A stretch of 19,490 nt of DNA from Pseudomonadota bacterium. Its GTDB lineage: Bacteria; Bdellovibrionota_B; Oligoflexia; Oligoflexales; CAIMVM01. A model generated the notes under the pieces. That model was given only the letters and a program-made list of their open reading frames with translations, ran no database searches and was not told the origin of the DNA. This document shows positions 1 through 7,405 of this stretch, piece after piece. Where the stretch lies: positions 1 through 19,490 of the forward strand of contig JBAXBA010000070.1 of the NCBI GenBank assembly GCA_037142195.1, in the 5' to 3' direction. The translations under genes and the position numbers were made by a program. Position 1 is the first letter of the stretch. Each line of letters opens with the position of its first letter.

Positions 1-99
1 TCATGTAAAGACTTGGATAAAGTTAACTTGAGGAGCCGTATACGTGATCCGTACGCACGGTTCTGTGGGAGGTCGGGGCTTACGCCCCTCCTACCCGAT
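1..99 (+). mobile_element. 3' end of a group II intron (domains V and VI), IIC-like; continues upstream of the window
   Basis: DV at 33-63 is GAGCCGTAT-ACG-TGATC-CGT-AC-GCACGGTTC, with an AGC catalytic triad, a 2-nt bulge and a short upper stem. A TGT linker follows. In DVI, GGG-AGG (67-72) pairs with CCT-[A93]-CCC (90-96), with inner stem GGGGC/GCCCC. The bulged A lies 7 nt from the terminal AT at 98-99. Confidence 0.93.
2..31 (+). CDS. Probable last codons of the intron-encoded reverse transcriptase/maturase (..HVKTWIKLT*), partial
   Basis: Frame 2 stops (TGA 29-31) immediately before DV, where En-less IEPs usually end. Only 9 codons are visible, so this is a positional inference. Confidence 0.4.
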   Translation, partial: HVKTWIKLT

Positions 100-136
100 T
101 GTAATTCAAAACAAATACCTGCCCTAAACTTTTGAT

Positions 137-331
137 TTAGGCTTCAGGAGCTGCTGCAACAGCTTTTTTGGCTTGTGCTTTAATCAGCCCATGAGCGACT
201 AAAACTTCTACCTTTTTTTCACCGTTGATGTAATTGCCGCCCTTACGCACTGCATAGCGCCCATCGCCGCGCTTTACTACTGTAAATCCGGGGGTGGGGT
301 TACTCGCTTTGCCAGCTTTCTTCGTTGCCAT
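137..331 (-). CDS. Small basic conserved hypothetical protein (64 aa)
   Basis: GGAG RBS 7 nt before the ATG. The KRGDGRYAV..INGEKKV..L..GLI pattern resembles a proteobacterial hypothetical family I recall. Ala/Lys-rich tail. Confidence 0.75.
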   Translation of the reverse strand: MATKKAGKASNPTPGFTVVKRGDGRYAVRKGGNYINGEKKVEVLVAHGLIKAQAKKAVAAAPEA

Positions 332-455
332 TTAGAACTCCATGTTTAGAAAAGAAACAATCATGTATCTTTATTTTGAGAAGCCGTCAATATTTTCATT
401 GGGATTCTCCCTAACCTCCGATAAAATTACCTTTTTCTTGCTGGGAGAAGAGCTC

Positions 456-1142
456 ATGGTTGAGGCAAAACGAGATGAAAATGTTTTGATCAGTATTGTG
501 ATGAATATTGTTCTGCCTTCCTTGGTTTTAACCAAGGGGACTCCCCATCTGGGAGCCGATCGAGCCTTAGCCTTGGCCATCGCACTCCCCATAGGTTATT
601 TTGCTTGGGATTATTACACCCGACGTGAAACGAGTTTAATGTCGCTTTTAGGCTTTGCAAGTGTGCTCGCTTCGGGGGCCCTAGGCATGTTTCGAGCAAC
701 GGGAATTTGGTTTGCCGTGAAAGAAGCTCTGCTTCCTAGTGTACTAGGAATAGCGACCTTGATGTCTTTATCCTGGCGCAAGCCCCTGATCAACGCCTTC
801 ATTTATAGCGATATGATTTTTCATAAAGATAGAATCGAACAAGCGCTCCAGGAAAAAGGCACTGGTAAAAGTTTTCTCGATCTTTTAAAAGCCGTCAATC
901 TCATCGTAGCAGCTTCGTTTGTCTTAAGTGCCGTTTTGAACTTTTCCCTAGCAATGTGGCTTATTAAAAGTGAGCCGGGGACTGAAGCGTTTAACTCTGA
1001 GCTAGGAAAAATGAATGCTCTTTCGTTCCCGGTGATTGCACTTCCTTCCATGTTGATATTAGGTTTAGGACTCTTAAAACTTTCCAAAGGTCTCCAAGAA
1101 CTTACAGGACTCACATCAGCCGAGCTTATGAAATCAAAATAG
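456..1142 (+). CDS. VC0807-family multi-pass membrane protein
   Basis: Motifs EN..NIVLP, ALAxPxGY, AVKEA..P, SF.LSA.LN..LA and GT.AFN.ELG.M..LS.PVIA.PS; about 6 TM segments. Start placed at ATG 456 after GGGAGAAG; the longer ORF from 342 runs into the divergent gene's promoter. Confidence 0.8.
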   Translation: MVEAKRDENVLISIVMNIVLPSLVLTKGTPHLGADRALALAIALPIGYFAWDYYTRRETSLMSLLGFASVLASGALGMFRATGIWFAVKEALLPSVLGIATLMSLSWRKPLINAFIYSDMIFHKDRIEQALQEKGTGKSFLDLLKAVNLIVAASFVLSAVLNFSLAMWLIKSEPGTEAFNSELGKMNALSFPVIALPSMLILGLGLLKLSKGLQELTGLTSAELMKSK

Positions 1143-1395
1143 GTAAAGTTTTGAGATAGGTGAGTTGGCGCGGGAGGCGAGGAGTCCATCCTCTCAGCGA
1201 AAGCAAGGCCTGCTTTCATTTCCTGGATCAACATCCCGGCAGGAAAGGCGCGGACTTTTACTTCATGGATTGTTTACAAGGCTCTCCTGATCAAATAGTG
1301 AACCTTAAAAAATGGCGACCTGATGATGCAGATCTTTCGGCCCTATTTTTAATTTGGTGAGTTTAGATAGATATATTTATAGACCTTCATGGAAG

Positions 1396-1408
1396 TATCA
1401 AATTGTTA
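1396..1408 (+). promoter_or_regulatory. IHF-binding consensus site
   Basis: TATCAA-ATTG-TTA matches WATCAANNNNTTR, with an AT-rich tract upstream, about 80 bp before a sigma54 site. Confidence 0.45.
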
Positions 1409-1489
1409 CCATTTTCGTATTTTCTTGAGGAGGCGTGTGCAATTTCAGCATGAATGGAGTCTATTTGGCGCACTTTTTCTAATTAAATT

Positions 1490-1505
1490 TGGCACTTAAA
1501 TTGCT
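1490..1505 (+). promoter_or_regulatory. Sigma54 (RpoN) -24/-12 promoter
   Basis: TGGCAC-TTAAA-TTGCT is an exact TGGCAC-N5-TTGCW match, 43 nt upstream of ATG 1549. Confidence 0.8.
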
Positions 1506-1548
1506 AGGTACTAGGGCGAGTACCGAACAACTATTTAGGAGAAACTTT

Positions 1549-2202
1549 ATGAAACTCATGAAACAAGTGCTGGTAGCAAGTGTCTTGGCTTTTGTAGCAG
1601 GAAACTCCTCGGTTTCCATTGCAGTGGCCCAGGGCTTGGAAGTAGAGCAAAGAGATGCCGTTGGTGCCGTATTACACACACTTTCCTCGATGATACGTCA
1701 AGCAAAGATCGCGAGCGAATATGGTGTGGTGTCCTCGGCCAGGTCCATGCAAAGTTCGGCTAGAAGCGTTTTTATTGCTTTGGAAGAAGATGAAACAGAG
1801 CTCGCCCGTTCTGGAATTGAAGGCGCCCTTTTTGGCCTTCGAAAAATCGAGCGAGAGGTAGGCCTAGCTGGAAACGTGGTGCTACGGAATCAGGCTCAAG
1901 AGCTTTCTAGAGAGTACTTCTATGCGAGGTCACTGATTCTAGGATCTCCCGAAGAACAGACTCTTACTGTAAATCTTTTGGTAGACACTTATGTCAAGGT
2001 GTCTACTGAGCAATCAGGAACCCTTTCTATGTCGCAAAAATGCCTTTTGCGTGTTAACTCCACACTCGAAGGCGAAGATTTAGGGATTGTGGATGGCCAC
2101 ATCAAGCTTCGTCTTTCTAAGAGAGTCCCTTCTTGTGCCATCGGGGAAGCAGGAGACGTGGTGTATATTTTTGCTCAACATGCCAAAGTGATTCAAAATT
2201 AA
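1549..2202 (+). CDS. Secreted hypothetical protein: helical N-domain plus C-terminal beta-rich (SH3-like?) domain
   Basis: AGGAG RBS at 1537-1541. Signal peptide MKLMKQVLVASVLAFVAG..AVA. C-terminal DTYVKVSTEQSGTL...KC...GHIKL..C motif. Confidence 0.75.
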   Translation: MKLMKQVLVASVLAFVAGNSSVSIAVAQGLEVEQRDAVGAVLHTLSSMIRQAKIASEYGVVSSARSMQSSARSVFIALEEDETELARSGIEGALFGLRKIEREVGLAGNVVLRNQAQELSREYFYARSLILGSPEEQTLTVNLLVDTYVKVSTEQSGTLSMSQKCLLRVNSTLEGEDLGIVDGHIKLRLSKRVPSCAIGEAGDVVYIFAQHAKVIQN

Positions 2203-2219
2203 GTTCATTGGGACTCTGT

Positions 2220-2254
2220 AAAAAACATCGTGAAACAACTCACGATGTTTTTTT
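2220..2254 (+). terminator. Intrinsic (bidirectional-type) terminator
   Basis: A6-CATCGTGA-aacaac-TCACGATG-T7, 17 nt after the stop at 2202. Confidence 0.85.
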
Positions 2255-2348
2255 ATTCAAAATGCTTTGGAGTAATATCGTTAGGCAGGACTCAAAATAA
2301 GAGTGTGAGTATTTATTTTGAAATTTGGATTTGTGTACAAAGCTCAAC

Positions 2349-2402
2349 AAGTGCTCACCCTCTGTAAGTGCTCACCCTCTGTAAGTGCTCACCGTCTGCA
2401 AG
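2349..2402. repeat. Tandem repeat, 3 x 17 bp (AAGTGCTCACCCTCTGT)
   Basis: Copies 2349-2365 and 2366-2382 are identical. Copy 2383-2399 has two substitutions (AAGTGCTCACCGTCTGC), followed by AAG. Confidence 0.95.
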
Positions 2403-2499
2403 ACAGCCGTTCCAGCTAGAGGCTTTTCTAAGCTTTGTGTGCGCAGGCGCTTGCGTGGAAATATAATTTAGACGCGATAGGTATAGAAGTGTGCGATGC

Positions 2500-2542
2500 A
2501 AAAACAGACAGTGAGATTCTTCGTCTCGCTGTCTGTTTTTTT
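2500..2542. terminator. Intrinsic bidirectional terminator
   Basis: A5-CAGACAGTGAGA-ttcttcg-TCTCGCTGTCTG-T7. It lies 54 nt downstream of the minus-strand gene ending at 2597, but folds better on + (U-G pair, U7 tail). Confidence 0.85.
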
Positions 2543-2596
2543 AGCTGTATCCCATTGCTTCGGTCATCTTCCCAAAGCCTTCTCAACACAAAAATT

Positions 2597-2881
2597 TTAG
2601 TGTAAATCTTTAGCGCCGGTTCCGAGCCAGTGACGCCATCCTTGCCAGCCTGAAATTTTATAGACTCCATCTGGATGCGCAGGAACATCGTCAGGCTTTC
2701 TGGCTACGCCTTCGAGTTCACCTTTGATCCAAAGGCGCCATTCTTTGCGGGATTTGATGCCTAGGGCGCGTACAAATGCAAGCGCATCGCTGAACTCTTT
2801 AAAAGCACGGCGACGGCGGCGAGTTACGACCGGCTTTTCTGTAATGAGGGAGGCAGTAGTTTCTGTTGCTGTGTTTTCCAT
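2597..2881 (-). CDS. Stand-alone integrase-repeat (INT_rpt-like) / helicase-associated repeat protein
   Basis: F..A..FVR.LGIKS..EW......KP.DVP..P..VYK..GW.GW..WLGT is the repeat unit seen in integrase-repeat proteins and helicase tails. RBS-like AAGGA/GAGA; Arg-rich RRRRR precedes the unit. Confidence 0.75.
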   Translation of the reverse strand: MENTATETTASLITEKPVVTRRRRRAFKEFSDALAFVRALGIKSRKEWRLWIKGELEGVARKPDDVPAHPDGVYKISGWQGWRHWLGTGAKDLH

Positions 2882-3149
2882 GTCTCTCAGTCCTTATAGT
2901 GTTCTGGTTGTTAGAGCCCCAAGCCCTGCGGTTGTGCACTTCCTTAATACGGCTGTGTAACTTCTGCAAGTACCTTTCTTTAGCCCGCCGATATTCCAGG
3001 AGAAATCAGCCGAAAAAATTGGTTAGCCAGTCAGTTTATCTCTCTTTGACCGCCTGTCTGGCAGCCTAAGACAGCCTGGGTTTTAAGAAAAAGGCCTCCC
3101 TAAGGATTATCGTTTGCCAGCGGAAAACAATTGAAGGTAAGGTAAGGCT

Positions 3150-4448
3150 ATGAAAAATAAACTTATTCCTAAATTTAGCCTCGTTCTAAAACTACTTTTA
3201 TTAACTGTAGTCTCCCAATGTCGTCCATCATTGCCATCCAACCAAATTGTGATTCCTAAAGTTAGGGGTGAGCACGTGCCACCAACCGAGGCGTCGCAAA
3301 CTCTTCGAAAAGTATTTTCAGAGGGAGCTACTCTTTCCAGTTTACTTCAAAGTGCGGGTCTTCCAGCTGCAGAAGTCCATCACATTGGTAGAGCGGCTCG
3401 TGCTTTGGTGGACTTGAGCAAGATCAAATCCAATGCTCAGCTTGAGTTTTCTTATCGAAGTGATTCGCCATGCTGCAATCTTCAGTTCCTTGAAAAGATC
3501 ACTCTGGAACTAGAGCAGGGCCGTTTGCTTGTGCTCACTCCTGAGTTTATCAAGGGTCCCTTGAGGGGGTTTTCCGCCAAGGGCTGGATTGGGGAAATCC
3601 GCGAGCTTCCGCAAGAGTCAAGGCTGGTGAGATTTTCCGCCGTTTTAGGCAACGCAAGTCTTTGGAAATCTGCTGCGGATGCCGGCATAGATCCTGGGGC
3701 AATGAATGCTTTTGTGGAACTTTTCAGCTGGGACATAGATTTCAGTCGTGAGCTGCGGGAAGGCGCGACCTTGAGTTTTATCATTCAAGAGAAATTAATA
3801 GAAGGCAAACACCTTTCTTGGTCCTATTTAAGGGCTGCGGAATTTTTTACCGGCGATAGGCTTGTGCAAGTAGTACGTTTTGATGGCGATGCAAGTCATC
3901 CAGGAGGGTACTTTCGCCCCGATGGACAAAGCTTAAAGCGCATGTTTCTAAAATCTCCCATTGAAGCAGCGCGAGTCACCAGCGGGTTTTCGATGGCCCG
4001 TTTTCACCCTATATTTAAAACAAACCGCCCGCATATGGGAGTTGATTATGGCGCTCCTGAAGGTACTCCTATCCGGGCGATCGGGAGCGGGGTCGTAGAA
4101 ACGGCGAGCTATCGTGAGGGGTCCGGGAATTATCTGCAGATCAAGCATAATGGAACCTATGAAACAGCTTATAAGCATTTAAGTGCTTTTGCCAAAAACA
4201 TCATCCCAGGATCAAAAGTTGAGCAAGGAGAGATCATCGGCTATGTGGGCTCCACCGGCTGGGCGACAGGGCCCCATCTTCACTTTGAACTCTACCGAAA
4301 TGGAGCCTACGTGGATCCTCTGAATGAAGTCTTTCCCTCTGCTGCCCCCCTGCCATCTGAGGCATTAGGGGCGTTTAAGAAGTCTTCTCAGTTTTGGCTT
4401 TCTCAGCTACCGAAAAAGCAAGGAATGAATGCATGGGCCAAGCAGTAG
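3150..4448 (+). CDS. M23-family peptidoglycan DD-endopeptidase (MepM/Csd3-like)
   Basis: HMGVDYGAP (HxxxD), YKHLS and TGPHLHFE (HxH) zinc motifs. FSWDIDF..ELREG central domain. N-terminal signal/anchor. Confidence 0.93.
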   Translation: MKNKLIPKFSLVLKLLLLTVVSQCRPSLPSNQIVIPKVRGEHVPPTEASQTLRKVFSEGATLSSLLQSAGLPAAEVHHIGRAARALVDLSKIKSNAQLEFSYRSDSPCCNLQFLEKITLELEQGRLLVLTPEFIKGPLRGFSAKGWIGEIRELPQESRLVRFSAVLGNASLWKSAADAGIDPGAMNAFVELFSWDIDFSRELREGATLSFIIQEKLIEGKHLSWSYLRAAEFFTGDRLVQVVRFDGDASHPGGYFRPDGQSLKRMFLKSPIEAARVTSGFSMARFHPIFKTNRPHMGVDYGAPEGTPIRAIGSGVVETASYREGSGNYLQIKHNGTYETAYKHLSAFAKNIIPGSKVEQGEIIGYVGSTGWATGPHLHFELYRNGAYVDPLNEVFPSAAPLPSEALGAFKKSSQFWLSQLPKKQGMNAWAKQ

Positions 4449-4819
4449 TTCGTTGGAAGTGAAATGAGCCATGCTTCAAAGTCACAAATGTGAGACTTGA
4501 GTATGTTTCTCGACGGTAGAAAGTACCTTGCGCAGGTGAGGAATTGTAAACTAGGACAGGATCGTAATTTTCCTTCTTACTACTGCGTTCTTAGAACGTC
4601 GGTGCCAATTTTTGTATCACAACGGAAATTTACGGTAAACGTAACTGAAGGTAGAGCTCCGCAAGCGAAATCCTCAAACGGGAATATCTAGGGTGTAGGG
4701 TCCTAATATCTGGCCAGCCGCTTCCCTCGTGTGAGATGCGACTTCATCTGTAGCAATTGGCATAGGATCCAATTAAGTATAAGATTAGAATGGAATTTTA
4801 TGAAACTACCTCAAGTTGA

Positions 4820-7405
4820 ATGACAATACCTTGGGAAAGTGAGATTTTTTTGAATCACAAAACTCTTCGATGGATAGGGTATTTTGCCGTCACTAGCGTA
4901 ATCAGTTTTGTACTTTGGTTTTTGGGCCGAGAACTTCACGGCATACACTATCATGAAATATTGACAGAAATAGAGTTACTACCTCGCTTTCAAATCGTTT
5001 TGGCTATTCTTTTTACCGGGGGAAGTTATCTTTCCCTGACGTTTTATGACTATTTCGGATTGCAGTATGCAGGCCGGCCATTGCCTCTTCGGACCACAAT
5101 GCCTGCAGCTTTTGTGTCGTCTGCATTTAGTAATAACGTGGGCCTGAGTTTCTTCGGCGGTATGGCTTTTCGCTACCGCCTTTATTCCGCATTTGATTTG
5201 ATGGCCTTAGATATTGCTAAAGTTGTCTTTTTTTGTTCGATCACTTTCTGGCTGGGAATTCTTTGCTTAGCAGGCGTGGCTTTTGCATTTTTGCCGCCGC
5301 CCCTCACCCAATTAGGCTTTCCTTTGGGTGGGTTTCATGCAGTCGGATTTTTGTTCTTAGGGGTAGTCGTAACTTATATTTGGGGATGCTATCGCCGAGG
5401 TGGAGTGCCCATTCAAATGTTGCGCTGGTCCTTTAGTCTACCTTCGGGTTCTTTGGCTTTGATCCAGGTATTGATTTCCTCGATAGACTGGCTTTTTGCA
5501 AGTGCCGCACTCTATATTTTGCTTCCTGCTTCCCTTGACATTACCTTTGCTCAATTTGTATCCATCTACCTGATGGCTACCTTGATTGGGGTGGTAAGCC
5601 ATGTGCCAGGAGGGGTTGGAGTTTTTGAAACGGTATTCGTATGGGCCTTAGGAGGGAAAATTCCCACTAGCACCATTCTTGGCACCCTCATGATGTTTAG
5701 GGCGGTGTACTATTTGGCTCCCTTGTGTTTAGCGTTTTCTATCTTTAGCGCTTTTGAGTTTGGGAGACACTTTGGGCTTCTCAGGCGATTTACAAACACT
5801 GCTCAAGATTGGATTGCAACGGTAGTGCCTAGGGTATTTTCCCTGGCGACATTTGCAGCAGGTGTCATTCTTCTCTTTTCAGGAGTAACACCAGATGTAA
5901 ATGAGCGACAGAAGCTTCTTTCTCGGATATTGCCTTTGGCAATTGTAGAGGTCTCGCATCTTTTTGCGAGCGTGGCTGGGGTCTCTCTTTTGATTATCGC
6001 TCGAGGATTGCAGAAACGGCTTGACGGTGCCTTTGCTGTGAGTGTGGTTCTACTGGCTTTTGGAGCTACGTTTAGCCTTCTCAAAGGGATTGATTATGAA
6101 GAAGGGTTGATTTTGGCGGGAACTTTATTGCTTTTGCTACCTTGTCGACGCTACTTCTATCGTAAGGCTTCTTTGTTTGAAGCCAGATTCTCCCCGGAAT
6201 GGATCATCGCCATTACGGCCACACTTGGTTCTATGATTTGGTTGATGATGTTTGCTCACAAGCATGTGGATTATTCCGCAGAATTGTGGTGGACATTTTC
6301 CTTCAATGGGGAAGCCCCCAGGGCTATAAGAGCCTCGTTTGTAGCGGTTTCTGCAGGTTTAGTTGTGGGAATTGCATACTTGATCCGAGCCCCTAAGCTT
6401 AAAGTTATCGTTGGAAATAGCACGATAGATGAAGCGACGCGGTCCATCGTCAGAAATGCAGATAGGACTTATGGAAATCTTGCTTTATTGGGCGATAAGA
6501 AGCTCCTTCTCAATGAAGCCAATACAGCATTAATCATGTATGCGACTGCAGGAAGATCCTGGATTGCCTTGGGGGATCCTCTTGGCCCTCCCGAAGAGTG
6601 CAAGGAGCTCATCTGGCGTTTTAGAGAGCTTTGCGATCTGCACGGCGCTATGCCGGCTTTCTATCAAGTGGATCCAGATAATTTGCACCTATACGTGGAA
6701 GCTGGACTTTCTTTGATTAAAATTGGTGAGGAAGCGATCGTGGACCTTCAGAACTTTTCTTTGGAGGGGCGAAGTCAAAAAGGCCTGCGAAATATCATGA
6801 ATCGTTTTTTAAAAGAAGGTTATAGTTTCGCGGTAGTACCCGTTGAGGAAGTTCCAGCGCTTTTGCCAGAACTAGAGCGCATCTCTAGTGACTGGCTCGA
6901 AAGCAAACATGTAAAAGAAAAACGATTTTCGATGGGATTCTTTTCAGAAGAATATCTTAAAAACTTTCCTGTGGGGGTTGTTCGCAAGGATGGTGACATT
7001 CTGGCCTTTGCCAATCTTTGGGAAACACCTAAAAAAACTGAACTCTCCGTCGACCTCATGCGATATAGTCGGAATGCTCCCCAAGGGGTTATGGATTATT
7101 TATTTAGCCAACTGATGATGAGTGGCAAATCTCAAGGATATAAAACGTTCAATCTTGGAATGGCTCCGTTTTCTGGTATGAAGCAGGGTCCTTTGGCTCC
7201 CTTATGGAGTCGGGTAGGGGCCGTTATTTATGGTTTTGGTGAGCACTTTTATAACTTTCAAGGCCTACGTGAGTACAAAGAAAAATTTCATCCTACTTGG
7301 CGCTCTAAGTTTCTCGCCAGTCAAACAGGGATTACAACCCCGGTTCTGCTGACCAATATTGCGAGTTTAATTTCTGGCGGCATTAAGGGCGTCCTTTTGA
7401 AATGA
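4820..7405 (+). CDS. mprF: Bifunctional aminoacyl(lysyl)-phosphatidylglycerol flippase/synthase MprF
   Basis: About 14 TM N-terminal part with RYRLYS, SHVPGGVGVFE and FR.VYY. C-terminal transferase with LGDK, ALGDP, KIGEEA, EKRFSMG, SVDLMR, LGMAP and FYNFQGLREYKEKF. Confidence 0.95.
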   Translation: MTIPWESEIFLNHKTLRWIGYFAVTSVISFVLWFLGRELHGIHYHEILTEIELLPRFQIVLAILFTGGSYLSLTFYDYFGLQYAGRPLPLRTTMPAAFVSSAFSNNVGLSFFGGMAFRYRLYSAFDLMALDIAKVVFFCSITFWLGILCLAGVAFAFLPPPLTQLGFPLGGFHAVGFLFLGVVVTYIWGCYRRGGVPIQMLRWSFSLPSGSLALIQVLISSIDWLFASAALYILLPASLDITFAQFVSIYLMATLIGVVSHVPGGVGVFETVFVWALGGKIPTSTILGTLMMFRAVYYLAPLCLAFSIFSAFEFGRHFGLLRRFTNTAQDWIATVVPRVFSLATFAAGVILLFSGVTPDVNERQKLLSRILPLAIVEVSHLFASVAGVSLLIIARGLQKRLDGAFAVSVVLLAFGATFSLLKGIDYEEGLILAGTLLLLLPCRRYFYRKASLFEARFSPEWIIAITATLGSMIWLMMFAHKHVDYSAELWWTFSFNGEAPRAIRASFVAVSAGLVVGIAYLIRAPKLKVIVGNSTIDEATRSIVRNADRTYGNLALLGDKKLLLNEANTALIMYATAGRSWIALGDPLGPPEECKELIWRFRELCDLHGAMPAFYQVDPDNLHLYVEAGLSLIKIGEEAIVDLQNFSLEGRSQKGLRNIMNRFLKEGYSFAVVPVEEVPALLPELERISSDWLESKHVKEKRFSMGFFSEEYLKNFPVGVVRKDGDILAFANLWETPKKTELSVDLMRYSRNAPQGVMDYLFSQLMMSGKSQGYKTFNLGMAPFSGMKQGPLAPLWSRVGAVIYGFGEHFYNFQGLREYKEKFHPTWRSKFLASQTGITTPVLLTNIASLISGGIKGVLLK

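Noticed and set aside
342..455. N-terminal extension of the VC0807-family ORF
   Set aside because: It overlaps the divergent gene's promoter region; family similarity and an RBS begin at ATG 456.
1166..1343. Minus-strand GGGCCGAAAG...CCCGCGCCA as tmRNA or tRNA
   Set aside because: No TTCGA T-loop, the ends do not form an acceptor stem, and the length fits neither.
1320..1345. CTGATGA as a hammerhead ribozyme core
   Set aside because: No stem II followed by GAAA, and no stem I/III pairing.
1160..1360. 66-aa + ORF and overlapping 137-aa minus ORF (821-1234)
   Set aside because: No protein-like features; the minus ORF is mostly the antisense shadow of the VC0807 gene.
2349..2402. Tandem repeat as a mini CRISPR array
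   Set aside because: The units are contiguous with no spacers, only 17 bp long, and there are no cas genes.
2966..2994. GCCGATAT as a sigma28 -10 box for the M23 gene
   Set aside because: The -35-like GCAAGT is about 2 nt out of spacing.
2428..3069. ORFs 2428-2688(-), 2724-2960(+), 2866-3069(+)
   Set aside because: They overlap the better-supported 2597-2881 gene or run through a terminator, and have no motifs.
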